From IMG/VR virus record IMGVR_UViG_3300045988_047887: 43,114 bases of DNA; one strand, given 5' to 3'. The notes under the pieces are model-generated. The model was given only the letters and a program-made list of their open reading frames with translations, did not search any database and was not told the DNA's origin. Positions 34,735 through 42,396 of the stretch are shown piece by piece. The position numbers and the translations under genes were made by a program. Numbering within the stretch: position 1 is the first letter of the stretch; each line of letters starts with the position of its first letter. The DNA is from a virus.

Positions 34735-35979
34735 TTAAAATTTCGCTCCATTGTACTTGTACACGATGTTCCCCTCGCTGTCTCGTTCGTCAGCTGGTAC
34801 CATTGCCCCTTCGAACATCTTGTATGGCGAGTGCGCTGCCTGCGGATTGTTCCAGCACCACTTCATATAGTCGGCTGCGCTCATCGTGTAATACTTCGAG
34901 TATTTCTCTCTTGTTCCCAGGTTCATCGCCTTCTCCAGTCTTGCCCTCAAAAGGTTCTCTGCATCCAGCTTGATGTCGCTCCACCTCACGTATCCCTTGC
35001 GCTTGCAAATGTTCAGTGCTTCGCACATCTGCCCCCTGCTGTAGTTCCATGTTGGTGGCAATCCGCAGCAACTTCCGTTGTGGCAAAGTTCCTTGAAGTG
35101 TGCGTCCGATACATAAAAGCGCATTCCCAGCTGGTCGCACAGTTCCTTCATATTCCTGAAGAACGGTTCTTTAACCTTGCGGTTCAGTCTCAGATAGCCG
35201 GACTGTACGCTGTACTTCTTGTAGAATGCGAGAATGTCGAAACCTGCCATCTTGCTGATGGTAGGCAACAATTCCCTCAATGTCGGGCTTCTCGTTTCCA
35301 GGCAGAAGAATTCGGTGCTCAAAGCTGTAGCCCCTCTGTTGAATGCCTCCTTGATAAGGTCGAGGTACGTTGGCGTGCTCACTCCGATGATGAAGGGTCT
35401 CAGTCTCAGCGTTGCCCCTCCAGCCCCTGAATTGGCGATGCGCTCGATGGCTTCCAGTCGTGCTTGTGGGCTTTCCACCCCTCGCTCTATTACTCTAGCC
35501 TTCTCTGCATCGCTGGTGATGATTGAGAACTTGAAGTTCCAGTTCTTCTGCCCTCTGATCAAGTCCATATATCGCTCATCCTTGGTGAACCACGCTCCCT
35601 TGGTCGAGAAGCAAAGCGGATAGTCTATATCCTTGAAGAAACGCAAAAGTTCCAGTGTCGTTCCGTACTTCCGTTCGAAGTTGTCGAACTGGTCGCTCAT
35701 ACTTCCCCACTGCATAACCTTGCGAGCCTTGATGTATGGCGCAAATTCTCCAGCGTGCTTGTCTGGGTCAATGAACATTCGCTTGATGCGCTCAACGCTC
35801 ACGTCCTTAACCTCCTTGTGCAGGTATTCCTTCTTCTTGCTGCCAATACCTCGCTGGTTCTGAGCAAAACAATACATACAGCCAAAGCTGCAATTATTGT
35901 AAGTATCAAAAGCCATCGGCATTGAGCAATCGGGGAACTCGTATGTTATTCTTGGCGTATTGCCATAATGTTCTGCCAT
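34735..35979 (-). CDS. radical SAM enzyme, SPL/COG1533-like
   Basis: It has a CX3CX2C cluster, CSFGCMYC, at aa 30-37. It is 414 aa. Confidence 0.7.
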   Translation of the reverse strand: MAEHYGNTPRITYEFPDCSMPMAFDTYNNCSFGCMYCFAQNQRGIGSKKKEYLHKEVKDVSVERIKRMFIDPDKHAGEFAPYIKARKVMQWGSMSDQFDNFERKYGTTLELLRFFKDIDYPLCFSTKGAWFTKDERYMDLIRGQKNWNFKFSIITSDAEKARVIERGVESPQARLEAIERIANSGAGGATLRLRPFIIGVSTPTYLDLIKEAFNRGATALSTEFFCLETRSPTLRELLPTISKMAGFDILAFYKKYSVQSGYLRLNRKVKEPFFRNMKELCDQLGMRFYVSDAHFKELCHNGSCCGLPPTWNYSRGQMCEALNICKRKGYVRWSDIKLDAENLLRARLEKAMNLGTREKYSKYYTMSAADYMKWCWNNPQAAHSPYKMFEGAMVPADERDSEGNIVYKYNGAKF

Positions 35980-35981
35980 GT

Positions 35982-36842
35982 TTACAAAAATTTTAATTTA
36001 CGATTCGATAGCGTCTTCCAGTTTTCCCTTCTCTCGACAAGCTTAACCTCGAAATGTCGCTTTCTTGCCGTGTTCCTCACGACACAATAAGGGAACATTG
36101 CCATAAGTCGCTTTCCGGATTCGATTACACGTTGTTCTGTCCTCTCTTCTTGCATTCCACCCTTCTCGCCATAGTAGTTACTGGTTACAGACACGAAATC
36201 AAGACGGACAACCGTCCCTCGCTTTAGGTACGCACGGACGCTTCTCTCGAAGTCCTCTTTATCGTCCATTGTTACATACGTTCTCCTATCGTGGCTTACT
36301 ACCATTCCCCACATTGAGCCGATGAGATAGCGCAACCCGAGACTGATTTGTCTTTTCATGTAGAACGTATTTCCTGCCGCATAAATCCCCCAGTAGTCAC
36401 TACCAACTTGCTTGCAAACAGAAAAGGCATAGTCGAAAAGTGAAGGGATGCTTTCTATCTCTTGCTTCTTCAAATCCCTTCCAATCTTCCATATCTCCTT
36501 CAAGTCATCGTCAAGACAAACAACCATCTGTCCATCTTGATAATAATCTTGAATAAAATTGCGAATATTCATCATTCCGACAACCCCGACAATGATTTTA
36601 TCAAACCAGCCGCCTGGGATTGTATCTTCATATTCCTTTCTCTGTTCTTCATTCGCAACGAATACGTCTATCCTGCTTGGGCTGATGCCTGCTTTATGTA
36701 GAAAACCGAGTGTCTTGTCTCGAAGGGTCGCTGCTCTCTTGTACGATGGTATCGCAACTCTCCAACACATATCGTTGTGGCTGCTTCGAGCGAAGTCCTC
36801 GAAGCTAACAACGGAATCTCCAATAACCAAACAATTCTCCAT
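35982..36842 (-). CDS. GT-A-like nucleotide-sugar transferase (tentative)
   Basis: VAIPSYKR near the N-terminus and a later VVCLDDDL (DXD-like) motif resemble the GT-A fold signature. This was not verified. Confidence 0.4.
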   Translation of the reverse strand: MENCLVIGDSVVSFEDFARSSHNDMCWRVAIPSYKRAATLRDKTLGFLHKAGISPSRIDVFVANEEQRKEYEDTIPGGWFDKIIVGVVGMMNIRNFIQDYYQDGQMVVCLDDDLKEIWKIGRDLKKQEIESIPSLFDYAFSVCKQVGSDYWGIYAAGNTFYMKRQISLGLRYLIGSMWGMVVSHDRRTYVTMDDKEDFERSVRAYLKRGTVVRLDFVSVTSNYYGEKGGMQEERTEQRVIESGKRLMAMFPYCVVRNTARKRHFEVKLVERRENWKTLSNRKLKFL

Positions 36843-36890
36843 AATAGTTATTTTTGTTAAATTTCACACGTGTAGGACTAAATGATGAAA

Positions 36891-36930
36891 GTGGCACAGT
36901 TGTTCGTTTCTGAATCGAACGAGCCACCAC
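36891..36930 (-). other. intergenic stem-loop between the ParB and GT genes
   Basis: A GTGGC/GCCAC outer stem encloses a GTTCG/CGAAC inner stem. Confidence 0.4.
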
Positions 36931-36934
36931 GGAC

Positions 36935-37570
36935 TTATTTTAGGCTTTTCCCTTCAACATCGTAGTTGCGCTTCTCGATTGCGTCAAGCCCCAGCATATC
37001 TGCCACGGCTTGTGCGTCCTCGCTGCGATATACGATGATGATGCGCTGCTCTTCGTCCTCTGCTGGCTCGTAGGTCGTGGCTTCCTGCTGGATTTCCCAG
37101 GGGTTCAATCCCCATCGCTGCATGTCGTCCACGTCAAACGCTCCCTTCAACTTCTCTTCGTCCCAGTTCCCGAAGTAGACGTTATCCTTGATAATGAACT
37201 CGTCCGTCTCTTCATCGGATAGGCTGTCAGCCATAACGACCTCGACATTTGGTTCTGCCTTCCACTTCTCCCAGTGGCTGCAAAGCTGCTGCTTCTCTCC
37301 ATCGGTCAGTTTCACGGCTACGGCTTCTATCGCTCCCTTGATTGCTTCGTCTTCCATCTGTTCGATGTTGAGCAGGGCACGGAAGCGCATATTACCTCCG
37401 AGAATAACTCGGTTCTCATTGCAGACGATTGGTCTCATCTGCAACATCTTCGGAAACGTCAGAATACTCTCAACGAGTTTCTGCATCTGCTGTGGCTCAA
37501 TGCTGCGTGGGTTGTCTTGGTTCTCCACCAGGTCGTGCAGGTTGATGTTCTCGATTCTATTCTTCTCCAT
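36935..37570 (-). CDS. ParB N-terminal domain protein (paralog 2)
   Basis: It contains NQDNPRSI...MRPIVCNENRVILGGNMRFRAL and shares IIKDNVYFGNWD with its neighbour. Confidence 0.7.
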   Translation of the reverse strand: MEKNRIENINLHDLVENQDNPRSIEPQQMQKLVESILTFPKMLQMRPIVCNENRVILGGNMRFRALLNIEQMEDEAIKGAIEAVAVKLTDGEKQQLCSHWEKWKAEPNVEVVMADSLSDEETDEFIIKDNVYFGNWDEEKLKGAFDVDDMQRWGLNPWEIQQEATTYEPAEDEEQRIIIVYRSEDAQAVADMLGLDAIEKRNYDVEGKSLK

Positions 37571-38336
37571 GGTCTTCCTCCTTTCCTTCTTTCTGTCTTG
37601 GTTTCAGTTCGTCAAAGTTCCATACGATGCGGTCTATATGATCAACTCCCAGCAACTTGGCAAGGAACGGCTCATCGGCTGGCTTGTAGTGAATGATTAC
37701 GTTCTCTCTTGGCAACACGCCATCGCCCATTATCGTTGGTAAATCGTCAGGAGTCAAGTCTTGACCGTCAATCTCGGGAGGTAGCTCCCCTGCGAATGGG
37801 TCGCCCTCTTGGCCGTCCTTGTCTTTCTTCTTGCACTTGCTGGTGCTGCTGCTGGTTTCCGCTGGTGCTGGGTTCCAGACTGGCATACCCCAGTTCTGAA
37901 GCTGTGCGCTGTCCCATCGGTTCGCAAGGTCGCTGAAGTCCCAGTTGCCGAATGATAGGTTATCTTTAATCATGAATTCCTGCTTTTGGGATTCCGTCAA
38001 GTCGGATGCGCTCACCACGGTAACTGTAGGCTGCTGCTGCCATCCCTGCCAGTACTCCATCAATGCGGCTTGTTCCTCATCGGATAGACGCTGTTCTGCA
38101 TCCAGCTTCATTTGAATGCTGTCTTCGTCCATCGTGACAATGTGCTGCAATGCTTTCAGTCTCATGTTGCCACCGAGTGCGTGGAAGGTCTCATCAACAA
38201 CAATCGGGCGCAGGGTCAACATTCGTGGGAACACGATGATGCTCTGCACCAGCTTCTGAAAGTTCGCTTGGCTTATCTCTCTTGGGTTCGCTTCGTTCTC
38301 GCTTACCCTCGAAAGTGCGATTTCTTCTGTTTTCAT
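37557..38336 (-). CDS. ParB N-terminal domain protein (paralog 1)
   Basis: It contains NEANPREI...LRPIVVDETFHALGGNMRLKAL and MIKDNLSFGNWD. Confidence 0.7.
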   Translation of the reverse strand: MKTEEIALSRVSENEANPREISQANFQKLVQSIIVFPRMLTLRPIVVDETFHALGGNMRLKALQHIVTMDEDSIQMKLDAEQRLSDEEQAALMEYWQGWQQQPTVTVVSASDLTESQKQEFMIKDNLSFGNWDFSDLANRWDSAQLQNWGMPVWNPAPAETSSSTSKCKKKDKDGQEGDPFAGELPPEIDGQDLTPDDLPTIMGDGVLPRENVIIHYKPADEPFLAKLLGVDHIDRIVWNFDELKPRQKEGKEEDHGEE

Positions 38337-38387
38337 ATTTTTCTTGTTTTAAGTTCGAAATATCTGCTTATTTGGTAAACATTTGCG

Positions 38388-38395
38388 CAAAGATA
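38388..38395 (-). promoter_or_regulatory. -7 box TATCTTTG upstream of the ParB-to-terminase operon
   Basis: The plus strand reads TGCGCAAAGATACGACTTTTTT, 52 nt upstream of the ATG. Confidence 0.5.
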
Positions 38396-38463
38396 CGACT
38401 TTTTTGCTTTAGTTGTTCGCTCTTCATACACTTTTAACTTTTCTCAACACTTCGTTTTCCATC

Positions 38464-38997
38464 TTATCCGTCAAAGGCTCTGATGGTCTTCTGCAGGGTT
38501 GTCTGCGGTTTTACCTTGACGGGGAATCCTGCACATACCCACGCGAGTAGAAGTGCGTCTCGCTGGTCTTGGTTCATTCTCGGCATCTTTCCGTCTTGGC
38601 TCATGAAGTAGCCAATTTCGTCTTGTGTTATCTTTCCGTCCTTGCCTTTCCAGCACTTCTTCAAAGGCTTTATTATCTCGTATGGGATATTGTAATGCTG
38701 GCAGCACTCAACGATTAAGATTCCGGTCTGATGGTTCATTCCGGTAGAGCGTCCGATTGCTGCTGCCTTGACTGCTGTCATGAATTTACTTAGCACGTGC
38801 CAGTTGCTTTTGTTGAGCCAGCCGCCTTCAATAACGACCTTGACCTTCTTGCAGCTTTCATTCATTGCCCTTATGTAGTCAATCAAAGCAGGGAAGTTCA
38901 TCTTGTAGGCGAGAAACTTCTTGTCGTCATATACTGCACCAACTCCGCTTTCTTGGTTGTCGGGGTCGATTCCGATTATAACTGTTCCTTTTTCCAT
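38464..38997 (-). CDS. RuvC-like Holliday junction resolvase
   Basis: It has IIGIDPD, VVIEGGW and DQRDALLLAW acidic motifs in RNase H-fold order. Confidence 0.6.
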   Translation of the reverse strand: MEKGTVIIGIDPDNQESGVGAVYDDKKFLAYKMNFPALIDYIRAMNESCKKVKVVIEGGWLNKSNWHVLSKFMTAVKAAAIGRSTGMNHQTGILIVECCQHYNIPYEIIKPLKKCWKGKDGKITQDEIGYFMSQDGKMPRMNQDQRDALLLAWVCAGFPVKVKPQTTLQKTIRAFDG

Positions 38998-39459
38998 TTC
39001 GTTTTCTTTTGTTTTACTTTCGTTTTATTTTCGATTTTCTTTTTTTTTGTTATTTTCTTGAAATTTTCGTTTTAAGCCGTTATCTAGGTGTCTGTGGGTA
39101 GTTGTTCGGGTTGCGGAATCCTACGTGCGTGTGTGCGCTTGTGTGCGCTTGTGCGCTAGCTCCCTACTATTCCTATCCTCTACCCTATAGTCCCTTCTCC
39201 TTTCATCGTCTTGCAGGCTTGAAACGGAAAAATCGAGGGAGTGCTTGGCGATTTGCAAATAGGTGAATATCTTATATCGAACGAGTTTATTCTGCAAACA
39301 CTCCCTCTTTGGATTTTGGATTTAATATAATAGCAAGAAAATTCTCAAATGGGATTCTTGCCCTAGACTGTCTTTCTGTTTATTTCTTCATGTTCCACCT
39401 CGCTTTCTTTGTTTAGAGTGGGCAGCGTTGATGGTCTGCCCAGCTGGTTAAAAACTTAT
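38998..39459. repeat. 460-bp non-coding region with several repeat classes (ori or ncRNA candidate)
   Basis: TTTCGTTTT-type units lie at 38998, 39018, 39028 and 39065. GTGTGCGCTT occurs twice in tandem at 39131-39150, with partial copies on each side. There are a CCTA-rich tract, a GAGGGAGTG/CACTCCCTC inverted repeat (39235-39243 and 39299-39307), and hairpins at 39333-39361 and 39420-39441. Confidence 0.6.
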
Positions 39460-39942
39460 TTAACTGTGATTCAGGGATTGCTCCTTCTTTTTCTTTACAC
39501 GTTCTGCAAGCCACATGAAATGTTCGGCTGCCTTCGGGTCTCTGAATATGGAAGCCTGCGTTTCCGGATTTATCCTATTCAGCTTCTTTCTTTCGGCTTT
39601 AAGCCTTCGCTGCTTCTTCTGCTTGTCGTTGTATTCCTTGATTTTGTCAGGGTTCTCCTTTCTCCATTTGCTGGCGTACTCCAGCATTCTCTGTCGGTGC
39701 TTGCAGTAGTACTCATGGTTGTAAAGAGCGGTCTTTGCCCTGCGCTTTTCTTGCTGCCTTTTTCCGTACATCTTGACCTTTTCAGGATTCGCCCTTCTGT
39801 ACTCTCGGTTCTTCCTCATCAACTCCTCACGGTGCAGCATGTAGTATCTATGTCTCCGCTCACGCTTTCGCTCTTCTACTTCCTTGTCAGTGAATAGCTT
39901 CTTTCTTCCCATTGCATTCCTTGATGTCTTGGTGTTCAACAT
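39460..39942 (-). CDS. highly basic protein with repeated Y..(A/E)NPEK(V/I)K motifs
   Basis: The motifs are REYRRANPEKVKMYGK and ASKWRKENPDKIKEYNDK. The start may be at 39912 (MGRKK). Confidence 0.55.
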   Translation of the reverse strand: MLNTKTSRNAMGRKKLFTDKEVEERKRERRHRYYMLHREELMRKNREYRRANPEKVKMYGKRQQEKRRAKTALYNHEYYCKHRQRMLEYASKWRKENPDKIKEYNDKQKKQRRLKAERKKLNRINPETQASIFRDPKAAEHFMWLAERVKKKKEQSLNHS

Positions 39943-40021
39943 ATTGCCTGCGAGGTGGGCAGTACCTGCCGTTGATGCAGTTTCGCCCTTCCTCGCAAGC
40001 CTTGCACAGTTCGCTCGCCAT
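39887..40021 (-). CDS. possible 44-aa Cys-rich peptide
   Basis: Hand translation gives MASELCKACEEGRNCINGRYCPP.... It starts 6 nt after the upstream stop and overlaps the next ORF. Confidence 0.3.
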   Translation of the reverse strand: MASELCKACEEGRNCINGRYCPPRRQYVEHQDIKECNGKKEAIH

Positions 40022-40026
40022 ACGTC

Positions 40027-41037
40027 CTAGAATGGAAGGTCTTCGAAGTCTTTGTCGGTGAAGGCTAGGCTCTCATTGCCCTCGTATGGGATGCAGCTGG
40101 TGAAGCTCGCTGGTTCTCCACTATGGATAGGCAAGGCGTTAACTCTCGCTTTAAAGTCCTCTCCTCTGAGACGGATGAAAAACGCAGGAAACCACTTGCA
40201 GCTATCTCCGCTCCTCACCAGCACCTTGTCGAAAGGCTTGAAGTCTGGCTGCGCCATCGCTTCCTTCTCTTTCTTCTCCCAAATGGAGTAATGCTTGTTG
40301 AACAGTTCGGCTTCGTTCTCTGTCGCTTCTCGCAGTTCATTGTGTGCGCTGATTCGCAGGTAGAAGGTTTCGTTGGCAATGAAATACTCGGTCTCAATTT
40401 CGTACTGCTTGCCGAATACCAGCTTGTCGTTGCTCTCGTCTTTGTCGATGAGCTTGCCGATGACTGTCACATCTCCATCCTCGTCTTCTTCGTTGAAAAC
40501 GTAAAGTTTGCCAATTTCAAACGCTGGCTTCTTCGGCTTCTCAATCTCCAGGGTTTCACGGTTCAGATTGCCATTGAGCCGCTCTTCAACGAATCGGATA
40601 TACTCTGCTGGATCATCGCTCTTGACCCAATCGGCTGTTCGGAAACTTGAAGCACGCTTGTAATACAAGCATTCTTTCTCCTTGACGTATCTTCCGAGAA
40701 AGCGTGTCTTCGTCTCATCCTCGAATTTCTCGAATGTGCAGGTTCCTTGTACTCCCTTGTCGCCTGCAAACTCCAGCACGTCTCCCTTCTTGAAGAACTT
40801 GCTCCAGTCTCTCATTTCCTTTGATGGGAAAAGCAGGACTTCTCCTCCCTTCATCCATCTGCCGTTCTTGTCGAAGGCGTACTCTCCGTTCTTGTCCTCA
40901 GTCCAAATTGCTTCCGCTTGCTCCTTGTCTGCTACAACAGAGGTGAACTCAACATTTCCACAAAGTGGGGTGTAAAGTGGAGTACCATCGGGCATGCCCT
41001 TTAAAAACTCATAAATATCAAAATCTTTCTGTTCCAT
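40027..41037 (-). CDS. hypothetical protein ending in an SSB-like acidic tip (..DFEDLPF)
   Basis: It is a 336-aa ORF, and the C-terminus was read directly. Confidence 0.65.
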   Translation of the reverse strand: MEQKDFDIYEFLKGMPDGTPLYTPLCGNVEFTSVVADKEQAEAIWTEDKNGEYAFDKNGRWMKGGEVLLFPSKEMRDWSKFFKKGDVLEFAGDKGVQGTCTFEKFEDETKTRFLGRYVKEKECLYYKRASSFRTADWVKSDDPAEYIRFVEERLNGNLNRETLEIEKPKKPAFEIGKLYVFNEEDEDGDVTVIGKLIDKDESNDKLVFGKQYEIETEYFIANETFYLRISAHNELREATENEAELFNKHYSIWEKKEKEAMAQPDFKPFDKVLVRSGDSCKWFPAFFIRLRGEDFKARVNALPIHSGEPASFTSCIPYEGNESLAFTDKDFEDLPF

Positions 41038-41051
41038 AATCTGAATGTTTT

Positions 41052-41360
41052 TTATTGTTTATTTTTCTTGTTATTGTGATTCTCAACCGTCTTTATCATT
41101 CCATCGGCAACGGTCTCGATAAAGTCGAAGCAGGCCAGCTGGGCTGTCATGTATGCATCTGCAACCTCCTTGGTCGGGAGTATCTTCAATGCCACAGCCA
41201 TAGCCTTCTGTTGAATCATCTGAGTTTCGATGAAGGAGTTGAGGAGAGAAATGCTCTCTCCCTTCTTCTCCTTCTTTGTCAGCTTCGCCAACTTGATTGT
41301 CTTCTGCTCAAGCTCTGCTGCTCTGAGTGCCATCTTGCAGCTGTATTCGTTCATTTCCAT
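41052..41360 (-). CDS. hypothetical protein (102 aa)
   Basis: Only the ORF itself supports this call. Confidence 0.55.
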   Translation of the reverse strand: MEMNEYSCKMALRAAELEQKTIKLAKLTKKEKKGESISLLNSFIETQMIQQKAMAVALKILPTKEVADAYMTAQLACFDFIETVADGMIKTVENHNNKKNKQ

Positions 41361-41372
41361 ATTCTTGCGCTT

Positions 41373-41498
41373 TTATGGTTCTACGTGTCCGAGTTTCTTA
41401 TACAGTTCCACCAGTTCCAGGGTGTCGAGCAAGAAGTCGGTGTTGCCAACGTATACGTGGTGGCGGTGGTCGTCCGATATGATTTCTATCTTTTTCAT
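41373..41498 (-). CDS. hypothetical small protein (41 aa)
   Basis: The start at MKKIEII gives an ATGA overlap with the upstream stop. Confidence 0.4.
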   Translation of the reverse strand: MKKIEIISDDHRHHVYVGNTDFLLDTLELVELYKKLGHVEP

Positions 41499-41995
41499 TT
41501 CTCCACCTCCTTCCCGAAGAGTTCCATCTGTGGATGGATGATGTTCATGCGCTCCTTCTTGGCAATCCATGCGAGAACCTTGGTGTCCTTGGTCTGCGGC
41601 TTCCTGCACTCCATCTGCCGTATGATGAAGCTGAGAGCATCGTGCAATGCCTGCTTTTCCGTCTCGTAGAAGATTGCCGATTTGTCGTATCGGCTTGGAT
41701 AGCCTGCCGGAGCACCGCTTCCGCTGCTGGAAAGGCTGATGTCATAGCCCCAAATCCATCCGTGCTGTGTGTTGGCGGTCTTCACTGCCCAGTAGGAACC
41801 AGTGTCTGCCTTGCGCTCCATGATGTTCGGATTGATGCATACATCGTTGATGTTGTACTTGAATCCGTCATGCTCTGCCACTGGCTTGTTGATGTCGTAC
41901 TTATTCTCCTTCAACCAGTCCGTCCATTCGCTCACGGTCTCGAAGACAAGCCCTGCGGCTCTGCATTCGTTGAATATTAATTTCTCTTTTTCCAT
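41495..41995 (-). CDS. hypothetical protein (166 aa)
   Basis: The start was chosen at MEKEKL, 2 nt after the upstream stop. Confidence 0.6.
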   Translation of the reverse strand: MEKEKLIFNECRAAGLVFETVSEWTDWLKENKYDINKPVAEHDGFKYNINDVCINPNIMERKADTGSYWAVKTANTQHGWIWGYDISLSSSGSGAPAGYPSRYDKSAIFYETEKQALHDALSFIIRQMECRKPQTKDTKVLAWIAKKERMNIIHPQMELFGKEVEK

Positions 41996-41997
41996 AG

Positions 41998-42300
41998 CTA
42001 GCAATCATGAATAAAATCGATAAGTTCCTCACGCTGTTCTGGTGTCATTGCGTATGCGATGCGCTCAGCTGCTTCTTTCTGTCCGTTGACGTCCAAGCTC
42101 TCGAATGCCTGCACAATGATGTCGACAGTATTGTCGATGTCAAGATACCAGATATTGTCCTTTACCACATCCTTTCTGGTTTCTTCGTCTGATAAGTTCT
42201 GAAACATGTCAATCAAGAATTCCTCTTGGTCTTCACTCGATAAACCGTTGAACATTTCTTCGAGGTCGATGTCAATGCTCTGTGTATTGTATTCTGCCAT
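41998..42300 (-). CDS. very acidic small protein (100 aa)
   Basis: About 30% of residues are Asp or Glu by eye. It is the first gene after the replication organizer. Confidence 0.6.
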   Translation of the reverse strand: MAEYNTQSIDIDLEEMFNGLSSEDQEEFLIDMFQNLSDEETRKDVVKDNIWYLDIDNTVDIIVQAFESLDVNGQKEAAERIAYAMTPEQREELIDFIHDC

Positions 42301-42396
42301 AATTCTTTCGTTTTAAGCGTTTAAAATCTGTTTGCCTTATAATTTACCGCACGAAGCGTGAAAACGTCTCAGAGCGGCTTATTTTGCCCTCATTCG

